This document shows positions 17,801-27,024 of a DNA stretch of 64,000 bases, in pieces. The notes under the pieces are model-generated. The model was given only the letters and a program-made list of their open reading frames with translations. It ran no database searches and had not been told where the DNA came from. The stretch spans positions 4,004 through 68,003 of the forward strand of contig JBAZBR010000004.1 in NCBI GenBank assembly GCA_041671325.1, given 5' to 3'. Made by a program: the position numbers and the translations under genes. Source of the stretch: Patescibacteria group bacterium. GTDB taxonomy: Bacteria; Patescibacteriota; Patescibacteriia; PEXW01. Every line of letters begins with the position of its first letter. Position 1 is the stretch's first letter.

Positions 17801-19831
17801 GTCAAGACTTTGGTGAATTTAAGCGCCATTGATGAGGCTATAACCGCCATTCAAATCGATAATACGCCAACACCCTTGGAAACTTTGTATACTTTTTTAC
17901 CCGATGGGTTGATTGAACAGTACGCCAGCCACTTGCCTACGAAATTGGAAACAATGGCTGAAGGCGGCGGGGGCGGTGATGGCGCCAGGAAAAACTTTAA
18001 AGATGCGGTTTTATTCACGGAAGTGGAAACTAATGCCGCTGGCCAAGCAGAGGTGGAATTTTCACTGCCGGACAACATTACTTCTTGGCGGATAACCGCC
18101 CAAGGCGTGACACAAGATTTATCTGCCGGGCAAAATTCCATCAAACTGCCAGTAACTAAGGCCATATTTGGGGTTTTGACCATGAGCGAAGAGTATGTGG
18201 TTGATGATCAGCCGGTGGTAGTAGCCGGAGCTTATGGTTCAGGTTTGAATGTTGACAGCGACATCAGTTTTAAACTTGAGGTACCAGGTTTAGGCGAGTC
18301 GCAAACCAAGACAGCCAAGGCCTTTACTTTGCAGAAGTTTGTTTTACCGAAATTTCAGGTCGGGGATCAGGAAATAATACTGACGGTTAAATCAGGCGAA
18401 CAAAGCGATGTTTTAAGTCGGAAATTTAAAGTCTTGAGCTCCAGGCTGACTAAAGCCGCCAATGAATTTTTGGAAGCCAAGCCCGGTTTGACCATTACTG
18501 GTTCAGATGTCGACAGGACTACCCTAGTCTTTAGTGATTTGGAGAGGGGACGGTTGATATCATCTTTATATGGTTTGCGTTGGGCTTATGGCAAAAGATT
18601 GGAAACCCATTTGTCAGCCAATATAGCCAAAGACTTACTGACACAACTTGGCATTCAAGGGATTGATTCAAATAAAGACCCTAATTTTTTCCTGAGTTTC
18701 CAGCAAGAAGACGGCGGTATTAGCCAAATAAATTATGGGAGTTCAAGTTTGACTTTAAGTGCTTATGCGGCCGGTGCTTCTGATGTATTTGATAAGGTGA
18801 AGTTACGCCAATATTTTGTGAACAAACTTGAACAGAAGAATGCTTCTACCGAGCAAATTGGCTTGGCGCTCTTGGGCTTGGCCAACCTCAATGAACCGGT
18901 TTTACCGGACATTGATAGTTTTTTAAATCTTAATAATCTTGATGCTGAAGACCAGCTGACTGCCGCTTTAGCGTATTATGCTTTAGGCAGTTATGAAAAA
19001 ACTGCTGGAATTATGGTGGAATTATTCAAGAAGTACGGGGTGGTAGAAAAGCCTTTTGCCAAATTAAACCTTGGCGGAAGCAATGACAGTAAAATCGTCA
19101 ATACAGCCAGGTTCTATATTCTGGCTGAAGGCTTGAAATACGAGCAAAGAGCAGGTTTAAGCAAGTATTTAGCCAATAATTTTCCCAAAGACACCATAAC
19201 TAATCTGGAAAGAGTTTTAGCCATTAAAGCCGCAGTCCCACTCTTGAATGACCAAAGCGTTAGTTTGGATAATTCGGTAAATAGCCAAGTTACTTCCATC
19301 CAGCTAAAAAATTCAGAAACCAAGACTATCTCTCTAACACCGGCAGAATTAAAAACTTTCAAGGTAGTCAGTTACCAGGGCTTGGTGGGCATTGCCGTCA
19401 GCTCCTTAACGCCAATTGATATTAATGCAGAAAAAAAGGACGACCGGTTAAGTTTGGACCGGACATACTTCAATATCACGGATTGGGGCAAGGCAATTAA
19501 GCAGGGTGATATTGTCAGGATTGACCTCAAACCAAAACTGAAAGGCAATATAATTGATACCACCTACTTTGTCATTGACGAATTGCCATCGGGTTTAGTG
19601 CTGTTAACCAATCCTTGGCAAAGGGGGATTGCCTATGATAATAATCAGGGCTATCCCTTGGAAATCGACGGTCAGCGCCTGACTTTTTACAGCAATGCCC
19701 AGCGCGCTTTCCATTATTATGCCCGGGTTTTGACGCCTGGTGGGTATGCGGCAGAACCAGCACTGATCCAAGGCCAGAACAGCCGAGAAATAATTAATTA
19801 TTCCGGTGCGCAAACTTTGGAAATTAAATAG
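14879..19831 (+). CDS. Large (1650 aa) membrane-anchored alpha-2-macroglobulin-family-like protein
   Basis: N-terminal TM helix. FKDAVLFTEVETNAAGQAEVEFSLPDNITSWRITAQGV resembles the bacterial A2M (YfhM-like) signature region. No CxEQ thioester motif was seen. Confidence 0.5.
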   Translation: MALRLWSSKPIRAWLFSVCAIALILVGLGAYFKFFYQPAKTGPQAFDKVVIPADAKLGQFFLQPTKADALGVETDTAFTLKSSIPIQKKDIEVSLSILPKVDLAIASVSDKEFTITPKEKLAAGSVYKISLGTTVKSDTGSEKQIFSWAYQPKESLEIDGTLPKNKATGVPLNTGIEVTFNTDKVKDFEKNITFSPALEGRFEKHGRVVAFVPKERLRPSTLYSVVVAKGLPINGSSVSLASDFIFKFETAGTDDNNGYSYPDFFDPSFHAVKPGEAPVIESNNTIGDLTSSKAVVYKFKDNAELVERLKPLDEIPEWAYWSRKQALIKLEGLHKIGEYTPTVEIHDYQRFIRMPNGFDARYYVMDLTLNKQRLQTVVAVSEIGAAMYASRQEAVLWVQDLKTKEPLVGGSVKNLESSEEKIIDKDGLAKLKTPSAVTGGNDSLATRSYFSVTAKDGRNLIVPIAQNFYGSWMNYGMGWRSSNPDYWAYVSTDRTLYRPDDTVNVWGVVRDRQATNFTDQEVKMEIWTWNYVDGNSDYIPLVTETVKTGEYGNYIKSIKLDHLTSGSYTLSVKNSNNEIIASKYFEVRTFAKPAYQILVTPDKLAGFDGEEITYSIQTQFFDGTPAPNIKLAYSDYGQAGEAGTKIITDAQGKASVKVTINAKDPKNIQYIHKSFFPQDAAEGDIVADTDVIGYPSAVTFDPTGQFEGNNAKISLTLSTIDTSKVNTTWYYMQDIKGVIVPNSEITGTVYEQITKKTKRGEEYNFIEKTVVDLYDYTTTDEKREDFSGLTNDKGIFEKEFNLTGTQYRIDITAKDQNGRKVTRSVYLYKDGYHEYSQNNDYMVTDAQDLADANGVSKKYNIGETTEIRLIKNGQPVKGKGPFLFIKMQNGIKEVSVKDVSTFKYVFKAEDAPNISFSAAYFNGSSFILTNYSANLVFNEQSRALNLKLEPGQATYAPGDKAKLKVTVTNKQNQPVKTLVNLSAIDEAITAIQIDNTPTPLETLYTFLPDGLIEQYASHLPTKLETMAEGGGGGDGARKNFKDAVLFTEVETNAAGQAEVEFSLPDNITSWRITAQGVTQDLSAGQNSIKLPVTKAIFGVLTMSEEYVVDDQPVVVAGAYGSGLNVDSDISFKLEVPGLGESQTKTAKAFTLQKFVLPKFQVGDQEIILTVKSGEQSDVLSRKFKVLSSRLTKAANEFLEAKPGLTITGSDVDRTTLVFSDLERGRLISSLYGLRWAYGKRLETHLSANIAKDLLTQLGIQGIDSNKDPNFFLSFQQEDGGISQINYGSSSLTLSAYAAGASDVFDKVKLRQYFVNKLEQKNASTEQIGLALLGLANLNEPVLPDIDSFLNLNNLDAEDQLTAALAYYALGSYEKTAGIMVELFKKYGVVEKPFAKLNLGGSNDSKIVNTARFYILAEGLKYEQRAGLSKYLANNFPKDTITNLERVLAIKAAVPLLNDQSVSLDNSVNSQVTSIQLKNSETKTISLTPAELKTFKVVSYQGLVGIAVSSLTPIDINAEKKDDRLSLDRTYFNITDWGKAIKQGDIVRIDLKPKLKGNIIDTTYFVIDELPSGLVLLTNPWQRGIAYDNNQGYPLEIDGQRLTFYSNAQRAFHYYARVLTPGGYAAEPALIQGQNSREIINYSGAQTLEIK

Positions 19832-20669
19832 CTTAATACTCCTAATCATCATCGCTGCGCTAGCCATAAGCTGGCGCAGCTTTGGGCACTCGAAAAAATC
19901 TTCTTTAAGTTCAAAGATACTTGAAGAAATTACTTTGGCCCAGGTGGAAAGCGCCTATTCAGCTGGCCAAGAGTCAAAAGTGGTTAATGGCGCCAAAGCT
20001 GCGGTGCTGCCGCACCACCTTTTAGCTGATTATCTGATTGGCAGGCTAATTGGCAGTTTAAGAACCGCACAACCAACAACTATTATAATCATGGGCCCAG
20101 ATCACCAGAATAAAAGTTTAACAGAATTTTCAATCAGTGATGCCAATTGGCACTGGCAAAACCAGATTTTTGAAGTTAATAAGAAAATAGTTGATGATTT
20201 AAAAACCCTTAGCTCGGTAACGATAGATAATGAGCTGATTAAAAATGAGCATTCGGTTTTAACGCCCTTGCCCTTTTTAAAAAAACAATTTCCCAATTCA
20301 AATTTTGTGATACTAGCCGTAAAAAGTGGATTTGGTTTGGCCCAAATCCAAGAAATTGCAAATGTCCTAAACAAAACCTTAACTGAAAACGATTTAGTTA
20401 TTGCCAGCGTGGATTTTTCCCATTACCAGAATTTCCAAATCGCAAACCTTGAAGATGAAAAAAGCCTAAAACTCCTGGAAAAGATGATCCCCGTGGAGTT
20501 AAAAGATGTTTCCGCTGATTCTCCAACTTCGCTAGCCATTGTAATGGAATTTGCCAAACTTCGGAGCGCCAAGGGTTTGGAAATAATTGACCATAAAAAT
20601 TCCGCAGAAATATCAGGTAATCTCGCCTCCCAATCCACTACCAGTTATTTGGATTTTGTATTTTATTAA
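19806..20669 (+). CDS. Memo-like / AmmeMemoRadiSam system protein B family
   Basis: AAVLPHHLLADYLIG, IIIMGPDHQN, EHSVLTPLPFL and ASVDFSHYQ are collinear with MEMO1 motifs (PHAGY, LGPSHH, EHS.E..LP, SSDFCHWG). Confidence 0.65.
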   Translation: MRKLWKLNSLILLIIIAALAISWRSFGHSKKSSLSSKILEEITLAQVESAYSAGQESKVVNGAKAAVLPHHLLADYLIGRLIGSLRTAQPTTIIIMGPDHQNKSLTEFSISDANWHWQNQIFEVNKKIVDDLKTLSSVTIDNELIKNEHSVLTPLPFLKKQFPNSNFVILAVKSGFGLAQIQEIANVLNKTLTENDLVIASVDFSHYQNFQIANLEDEKSLKLLEKMIPVELKDVSADSPTSLAIVMEFAKLRSAKGLEIIDHKNSAEISGNLASQSTTSYLDFVFY

Positions 20670-20731
20670 AGTGATTTGTCACTCAATTTTATTAATATAA
20701 TTACCTCCCCTTGCATCCCCTCCTTCTTATT

Positions 20732-20884
20732 TGTCATCCCGAGCCTTGCCGACCTGCCCGCCGAACTAGCATGGTCCAGCCTTCGCAGCCGCTTCGGCGG
20801 AGTAGGCCAGGCGGGGGGATCCCGATAAGATAACCCGAGATTCCCCCACTCGCCCTCGAAGACTCGGGCTCGATCGGAATGACA
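20732..20884. repeat. MITE/REP-like imperfect palindromic element (TGTCATCCCGAGCC...GGCTCGATCGGAATGACA)
   Basis: The terminal inverted repeats were read directly. The internal GACCTGCCCGCC motif is shared (as a reverse complement) with the elements at 27025 and 35837. Confidence 0.55.
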
Positions 20885-20895
20885 GAAGGATCATA

Positions 20896-21195
20896 ATGAC
20901 ACGTAATAATACGAGAAAGCACAAATATTATGTTTATATGATGGCAAGCAAGAGTGGCGTGTTGTATATTGGCGTAACAAATAGTTTGATACACAGAGTT
21001 CTTGAACATAAAAACGGTTTGGTCGAAGGATTTACTAAAAAGTATAAATGCCAAAAACTGGTTTACTATGAAGAAACCGATGATATTAGTGCGGCAATCG
21101 CCAGAGAGAAACAATTAAAAAAATGGCGAAGAGAAAAGAAAGTTAAATTGATAGATACAATTAATCCGGGTTGGAAAGATTTAAGCGAGGAATAA
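20896..21195 (+). CDS. GIY-YIG nuclease family protein
   Basis: YYVYMMASKSGVLYIGVTNSLIHRVLEHKNG contains the GIY-YIG motif. The gene is flanked on both sides by MITE-like elements. Confidence 0.7.
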   Translation: MTRNNTRKHKYYVYMMASKSGVLYIGVTNSLIHRVLEHKNGLVEGFTKKYKCQKLVYYEETDDISAAIAREKQLKKWRREKKVKLIDTINPGWKDLSEE

Positions 21196-21202
21196 TTTCC
21201 TT

Positions 21203-21303
21203 TGTCATTTCGAGCGAAGCGTAGCGGAGCCGAGAAATCTAATTATCTCTAAAGGAGATTCCTCCGCTACAGTCGCCTTTGGCTCCTTCCGGTCGGAATG
21301 ACA
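21203..21303. repeat. MITE/REP-like palindromic element (TGTCATTTCGAGCGAAG...CTTCCGGTCGGAATGACA)
   Basis: Terminal inverted repeats read directly. It lies immediately 3' of the GIY-YIG gene. Confidence 0.55.
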
Positions 21304-21353
21304 AGATGATCGCCTGAGATGACAATTAGTTTAAGATATGGCAAAGTAAAATT

Positions 21354-22139
21354 ATGTCCATCGTCATCCTCCAATACAACCGAACTAAAAGGATCATCCA
21401 AATATTAGCACTATTGGTGGTTATTGTTATTGTTTATTTGTTTGTGTTTATTAGGTTTTATGCAAACACGGCCAACGAAAACAACTGGTTTAATAATCAT
21501 TTTCGAACCAGCTTGGCCAAGCATGATTTTTGGCGTTCGGTTTTTAATTTGCACCGTGATGGCGATGGGCAGGCTGCATATCTGGCTAAAAACAAATTAG
21601 CCGTGGTTATTTACACTACTGAAGATAATCAGATCTCGGCGGAGGTGAAAAATAATCTGGAGAAGGAGATAAAAAATATTTTGCCTAACTTATTGGAGGT
21701 GAAGTATTATGACGGCCAGCAACTGAATTTGGATAAGGCCAGCTATATGCGAAAAGATGTCAGGGATTTTGTGGCTGAGTTGTCGAAGAAAAAAGCGCAA
21801 ACCGATACCGCGCTTTTGAATGTCTTTATATTAAATCGTTCAGAAGAATATCCCGGCAATATTGGGTTAACCAATACAGACAATGGTGTAGTTATTTTTT
21901 GGGAGACGATTAAAGATTTGACCGCGGAAAATCCCAGCACTTTTGAGACTTATGTCAGCTCAACCATCTTGCACGAATTTGGCCACCAACTTGGTTTAAA
22001 CCACCTGGATGATCCAAGCTGTATCATGTCTTCAAGCGTGGAAAATCCAGGGACAAATACGGTTGGAAATTACTGGCCAGTAACCAGTTATTGCCAGCAG
22101 GAAAAAGCTTTAATTACCGTTAAGTTAAAAGTTGAGTAA
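21354..22139 (+). CDS. Membrane-anchored zinc metallopeptidase, archaemetzincin/metzincin-like
   Basis: HEFGHQLGLNHLDDPSC is an HExxHxxGxxH zinc-binding motif followed by a Cys, as in archaemetzincins. N-terminal TM helix. Confidence 0.6.
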   Translation: MSIVILQYNRTKRIIQILALLVVIVIVYLFVFIRFYANTANENNWFNNHFRTSLAKHDFWRSVFNLHRDGDGQAAYLAKNKLAVVIYTTEDNQISAEVKNNLEKEIKNILPNLLEVKYYDGQQLNLDKASYMRKDVRDFVAELSKKKAQTDTALLNVFILNRSEEYPGNIGLTNTDNGVVIFWETIKDLTAENPSTFETYVSSTILHEFGHQLGLNHLDDPSCIMSSSVENPGTNTVGNYWPVTSYCQQEKALITVKLKVE

Positions 22140-22223
22140 GTCAATTGTATTTGACACCCTTAATAGAGTATGTGAAGATATCTTGAAATAAACAAAGTTC
22201 ACGAAAAATTAAGGAGTTGAGAC

Positions 22224-22949
22224 GTGAATAGTTCAATTAAGCAATTTTATGATACTGGTGCAGCACAGTATAATTTTTTTGAGGCTGCGCTTGATTTGCC
22301 TACTTGCCCATACCCTGGTTTAGCCTTATTACGTCACGGTGAGCGAGCGTTCTTATCCAGTATAGCTAGAGGAAGCCGGGTTCTATATGTGGGCGCTGGT
22401 ACAGGCAGGCATATCCTTGCCCTTGCCAAGGATGGTTGCCGTGTAACTGGCGTGGAATTTTCTGCCGAAATGATCAACATTTGCCAGAAGAATCTCAGAG
22501 AAGGAACTGTTTATAGCGAGATTAAACCGACTACTAGTGGGCGTTTGGAGTATGGATTTAGTCCCGGAGATTCGCAAAGCGTAATTTTGTTGCAAGCAGA
22601 CATTAACGACCTCATTTTTCCGGACAACTTCTTTGATCATGCTTTTTGTTATTGCACCTTGCCGCTGATGGGGAGTGATGTCTGGCCACAAACATTGTCA
22701 AAAGTATTGAATAGTGCCAAAAAAAGTCGCATCTCAATTTATAACGAGCATGGCTTACATATTTTGGCTGAAGCCTATTCGCATTTTCGTCTGGGCGAAA
22801 TTACTAGTGTTATTCCCTTAAGGACCAAGAGTGGCTTTGAATATATTTCAATTTCTGATTCAAGCTTCAAGCTTGCAGTGCAGAAGCTTGGTTTTCAGTG
22901 TAAGGGACTAAGTTTGCCAACCGGTCGGATTTACACCTGCTTCAAATAA
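22224..22949 (+). CDS. Class I SAM-dependent methyltransferase
   Basis: VLYVGAGTGRHILALAKDGCRVTGVEFS carries motif I and post-I. Confidence 0.7.
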   Translation: MNSSIKQFYDTGAAQYNFFEAALDLPTCPYPGLALLRHGERAFLSSIARGSRVLYVGAGTGRHILALAKDGCRVTGVEFSAEMINICQKNLREGTVYSEIKPTTSGRLEYGFSPGDSQSVILLQADINDLIFPDNFFDHAFCYCTLPLMGSDVWPQTLSKVLNSAKKSRISIYNEHGLHILAEAYSHFRLGEITSVIPLRTKSGFEYISISDSSFKLAVQKLGFQCKGLSLPTGRIYTCFK

Positions 22950-23117
22950 CTTTGAACAGTATTGTTCAACAACCTTGAGAGGTTCACTAGCGTGGACCTC
23001 TTTTTATTAATGCAAGCCCAGACTTCAATTTGGAAGACCGGGGTTTTATATTTGCCAAAAAACCAGGAAAGGAGTAAAAAGAGCTCAGTTCGTTGACAAA
23101 AAGAGAAAGGATAGGCA

Positions 23118-24020
23118 ATGGAAAAAATAAGAATGTTGGAACGCGAGAGTATACCGTGCTGGTATGAGGCGGGCTTCCAAACAGAACCCTTGGCAGTCTT
23201 GATTCGCATAGCTGAGGAAATAATCCCGACGCTTCCCATAATTTCCCAAGAAAATCTCATGGTTAAGAGTTTCCTTAGTTGCAAATGGGGATTTAAGAAA
23301 TTCGAGCCAGATTACGCAGGCAACTTTGGGTTCGATAATAGTCTCCAATACAAGGGGTGCGAGAATGGTTTCGTGGTTTTGGAATGCCAAATCCCGCGTA
23401 TCTGGGAATTAACCGACCTATGTTGTGAACATTGCAAAGGTACTGGCAAAGAAGATTATTTTGGCGAAGAACGCAAATGTCTCTATTGTCGAGGACATGG
23501 TAAAGCTTTTAAAATGGATTGGCAGAAAGCCTATGCAATTTCAGCAACTTTATCCACTTTGTTTTCGATGCTTCAATTTCCAGATGCAGAAACGCATCAT
23601 GCTATCCCGCAGTTGATGGTGCATTGTTTTAATGTTTCCCGTGGGTTGCACGGCGGATCTTTGGGTGGTAATTTCAGTATTGAATTCACTGAGTGGCTTT
23701 TGTCATTCGGCCATGGCGGGGACATTCCTATCCCTGAAGTTGAAGAGGCAATGCAACAGGTGTATGCGAGATTGTTTGGCCACCTTGATAAGTATGAAAA
23801 GTACGATTTTCGTTCTTGGATTAGGGATGGCGGCCTGGTAACAAGCTGTCCAGGTAATGCCTGCGGGCTTCATCCGGAGTCATGGGGTTCGATCACGCCC
23901 AAGCATGGATATAATTACGCTTGCCACAATGTTGATACATCCGCTCAGCAACTCACGCTTTTTGCCGGGCTTTGCTATTTGCACGATCGCGCAAGGCGCG
24001 AACTTCAAAGCGCGAAATAA
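23118..24020 (+). CDS. Hypothetical protein with two DnaJ-type CxxCxGxG zinc-finger repeats
   Basis: The repeats are CEHCKGTGK and CLYCRGHGK. No other domain recognised. Confidence 0.45.
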   Translation: MEKIRMLERESIPCWYEAGFQTEPLAVLIRIAEEIIPTLPIISQENLMVKSFLSCKWGFKKFEPDYAGNFGFDNSLQYKGCENGFVVLECQIPRIWELTDLCCEHCKGTGKEDYFGEERKCLYCRGHGKAFKMDWQKAYAISATLSTLFSMLQFPDAETHHAIPQLMVHCFNVSRGLHGGSLGGNFSIEFTEWLLSFGHGGDIPIPEVEEAMQQVYARLFGHLDKYEKYDFRSWIRDGGLVTSCPGNACGLHPESWGSITPKHGYNYACHNVDTSAQQLTLFAGLCYLHDRARRELQSAK

Positions 24021-24044
24021 CGACAACTTGATCATTTTTTGAAA

Positions 24045-24076
24045 ACCCCGATTGAAAACCGGGGTTTTTCTTATTG
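24045..24076 (+). terminator. Rho-independent terminator (AAACCCCGATTGAAAACCGGGGTTTTTCTT)
   Basis: GC stem plus T-tract read directly. Confidence 0.6.
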
Positions 24077-24108
24077 CCACCTCTCAAATCCCAAGGTAAT
24101 CTACAAGC

Positions 24109-26865
24109 ATGAGTTCGCCCAAAGTCTTGCTAGTTGATGGCAATGCCATTATCCACCGCAGTTTTCACGCCCTGCCGCCTTTGACCACCAAAGACGGGAC
24201 CATGGTCAATGCGGTTTATGGTTTTGCCACCGCCTTATTAAAAGCCCTCAAGGAAATCCGGCCCACGCACGTGGCCGTGGCTTTTGACAAGAAAGGCCCG
24301 ACTTTTCGGGATGAATTATATGAACAATACAAAGCCACGCGGGTGGCCGCGGCGCAGGAACTTTATGACCAAATCCCTTTGGCTCATGAATTAGTGGCGG
24401 CTTTTAATTTTCCCGTGGTGGAAGCAGATGGCGTAGAAGCTGATGATGTCATTGGTACTTTGGCGCATAGATTAACTAAAGAAGGGGATCGGGTGGTGAT
24501 TTTAACTGGTGATATGGATACCATGCAATTAGTTTCTGACAAAGTTTCAGTTTTTTCCTTAAGGAAAGGTTTGTCTGACACGGTTTTGTACACGCCCAAG
24601 GAAGTAAAGGACCGTTATAGTTTTGGTCCGGAAAAGATTATTGATTACAAAGCTTTGCGAGGCGATCCATCGGATAATATTCCCGGCGTGAAAGGCGTGG
24701 GCGAAAAGACGGCCACGGATTTAATCTTGCAATTCCAAAGTATTGATAACATGTACCGGATTTTGGAACACCAGCCTAATAAAGCCAAAGGTTTGTCGGA
24801 AAAATTGAAATTAAAATTAATGGAAGAAAAGGAGCAGGCCTATTTAAGCAAAAAATTGTCGACCATCAAGTTGGATGTACCAATTCATTTTGATATTGGA
24901 GTGGCGAAAGTGAAAAACGCTGATGCCCAAAAACTCCATGACTTATTCGTAAAATGGGAATTCAAAAGCCTGGTGGGTAAAATTACCCAATTAGTAAATG
25001 AACCTGAAGAAGCTTTGGCTGAAGTCAGCCAGAAGTCGGCTGACCAAGGAGTTTTGATTGCTAAAGCTAAAGAAAAAGTTGATTACCAGTTAATTGATTC
25101 AGAAAAAGCTTTTCAGAAATTTTTAAGGGAAGCAGAAAAACAGGAATTTTTTGTCCTGGATACGGAAACCACCAGCTTGAATGTTTTTGAGGCTAAATTA
25201 CTAGGTATTAGTTTTGCCTGGGAACCGAAAAAAGCATTTTATGTGCCGGTGGAGAACAAAAAATGGTTGGCCGCACTTAAACCAATTTTGGAAAATGCAG
25301 AAATCCAGAAATGGGGGCATAATTTAAAATATGATGCTAAGGTTTTGGATCTGGCTGGCATTAAATTAGCTAACCAGAATTTTGATTCCATGATTGCTTC
25401 CTATTTATTAAATGCTGGTTCGCGCAGCCATGATTTGGACACCTTGGCTTTTAATGAGTTTGGGCACCAGATGATTCCTATTGAAAACTTGATCGGCAAA
25501 AAGGGTAAAGACCAATTAAATATGGGCCAGGTTCAAGTTGCAAAAATTTCCGAATATTCTTGTGAGGATGCAGATTATACCTTGCGTTTAGCCAAGAAGT
25601 TTTCACCCCAACTGGAACAGCAAAAATTGCTGAAATTATTTAAGGAAATTGAAATGCCTTTAATCCCAGTTTTGGAAAAGTTGGAATTGAACGGGGTTAA
25701 AGTGGACAAAGCCTTTTTAAAGCAATTAAGCATCAAATTGACCAAAACTCTTAATCAATTGGGAGCCAAGATTAAAAAATTTGGTGGGGAGGATTTGAAT
25801 GTGAACTCGCCCAAACAATTAAAAGAAGTTTTGTTCACCAAGTTAAAATTGTCAGTCCAAGGCATCAAAAAAACCAAAACTGGCATTTCCACGGCCGCGG
25901 GTGAATTGGAAAAACTCCAAGGCCTACACCCGATCATTGATTTGATTTTGGAACATCGGGAATTACAAAAGTTATTATCCACTTATATTGATGCTTTGCC
26001 GGTCTTAATCCAGAAACAAACTGGCCGCGTGCACACGGATTTTAACCAGACCATAACAGCCACTGGCCGGTTATCAAGTTCTAATCCGAATTTTCAAAAT
26101 TTGCCCATTCGCACAGAATTAGGTCGTTTCATCCGCCAGGCCATTATTGCGGAAAAAGGTTTTAAACTGATTTCCGCGGATTACTCGCAAATTGAGTTGC
26201 GGATTGTGGCCAGCTTGGCCAATGAAAAGCAGATGATTGAAGCTTTTGAAAATGGCGCAGATATCCATCGGGCTACGGCCGCGGATATTTTTGGTATTCC
26301 TCCGGAAAAAATCACTGATGATCAAAGAGACGCAGCTAAAGAAGTTAATTTTGGGGTTTTATATGGCATGGGTGTTTGGGGCTTGGCTAGTCGCAAGAAG
26401 ATTTCTACAGAAAAAGCCCGGGATTTTATTGATCGGTATTTCGCCTCGCGGCCAAATGTCCAGAAATTCTTGGAAGAGACTAAAGAGCAAGCCAGAAGAA
26501 AAGGCTATGTGGAAACCTTATTTGGCCGGAAAAGATTTATGCCGGAAATGAATTCGTCAATGGGCCAAGTGCGGGCCGCGGCCGAAAGAATGGCCATTAA
26601 TTTTCCCATCCAAGGCACGGCCGCGGACTTGTTAAAACTGGCCATGATTGAAGTGGATAAGGGTTTAGCCGCCATCAGTCCAAAAACCAAAATGATCTTG
26701 ACTGTGCATGACGAATTGGTTTTTGAAACGCCAACTGCAGATGTTGAAAAAGTCGCCAAGTTTGTGCAAGAAATCATGGATGATGTTTACACATTAAAAG
26801 TTCCAATTATGGTTGAAGTTAAAGTCGGGGATAATTGGGAGGAGATGGAGAAAGTAAGTTTTTAG
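24109..26865 (+). CDS. polA: DNA polymerase I
   Basis: N-terminal 5'-3' exonuclease (VLLVDGNAIIHRSFHAL), a 3'-5' exonuclease region, and a family A polymerase domain (RRAAKEVNFGVLYGMG; ...HDELVFE). Confidence 0.9.
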   Translation: MSSPKVLLVDGNAIIHRSFHALPPLTTKDGTMVNAVYGFATALLKALKEIRPTHVAVAFDKKGPTFRDELYEQYKATRVAAAQELYDQIPLAHELVAAFNFPVVEADGVEADDVIGTLAHRLTKEGDRVVILTGDMDTMQLVSDKVSVFSLRKGLSDTVLYTPKEVKDRYSFGPEKIIDYKALRGDPSDNIPGVKGVGEKTATDLILQFQSIDNMYRILEHQPNKAKGLSEKLKLKLMEEKEQAYLSKKLSTIKLDVPIHFDIGVAKVKNADAQKLHDLFVKWEFKSLVGKITQLVNEPEEALAEVSQKSADQGVLIAKAKEKVDYQLIDSEKAFQKFLREAEKQEFFVLDTETTSLNVFEAKLLGISFAWEPKKAFYVPVENKKWLAALKPILENAEIQKWGHNLKYDAKVLDLAGIKLANQNFDSMIASYLLNAGSRSHDLDTLAFNEFGHQMIPIENLIGKKGKDQLNMGQVQVAKISEYSCEDADYTLRLAKKFSPQLEQQKLLKLFKEIEMPLIPVLEKLELNGVKVDKAFLKQLSIKLTKTLNQLGAKIKKFGGEDLNVNSPKQLKEVLFTKLKLSVQGIKKTKTGISTAAGELEKLQGLHPIIDLILEHRELQKLLSTYIDALPVLIQKQTGRVHTDFNQTITATGRLSSSNPNFQNLPIRTELGRFIRQAIIAEKGFKLISADYSQIELRIVASLANEKQMIEAFENGADIHRATAADIFGIPPEKITDDQRDAAKEVNFGVLYGMGVWGLASRKKISTEKARDFIDRYFASRPNVQKFLEETKEQARRKGYVETLFGRKRFMPEMNSSMGQVRAAAERMAINFPIQGTAADLLKLAMIEVDKGLAAISPKTKMILTVHDELVFETPTADVEKVAKFVQEIMDDVYTLKVPIMVEVKVGDNWEEMEKVSF

Positions 26866-26867
26866 TA

Positions 26868-27010
26868 GTCCCTCTCCCTCTGGGAGAGGGTGCCGGAGGC
26901 GGTGGTGCCTGCCCGCCGTACTTCGTCTGGCGAAGGCAGGCGGGAGGGTTACTCGGAAATACAAATTATATCGTGAACCTCACCCCAGCCCTCTCCTATA
27001 TAGGAGAGGG
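26868..27010. repeat. Hairpin-pair repeat element (CCCTCTCCCTCTGGGAGAGGG ... CCCTCTCCTATATAGGAGAGGG)
   Basis: Two matching GGGAGAGGG-type hairpins bracket a GC-rich core. The overlapping ORF 26835-27044 is probably spurious. Confidence 0.45.
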
Positions 27011-27024
27011 GGATTTTAATTACG

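Noticed and set aside
14879-19831. Thioester-containing A2M (CxEQ motif)
   Set aside because: No CGEQ/CLEQ motif was found in the translation, so the call is limited to A2M-family-like.
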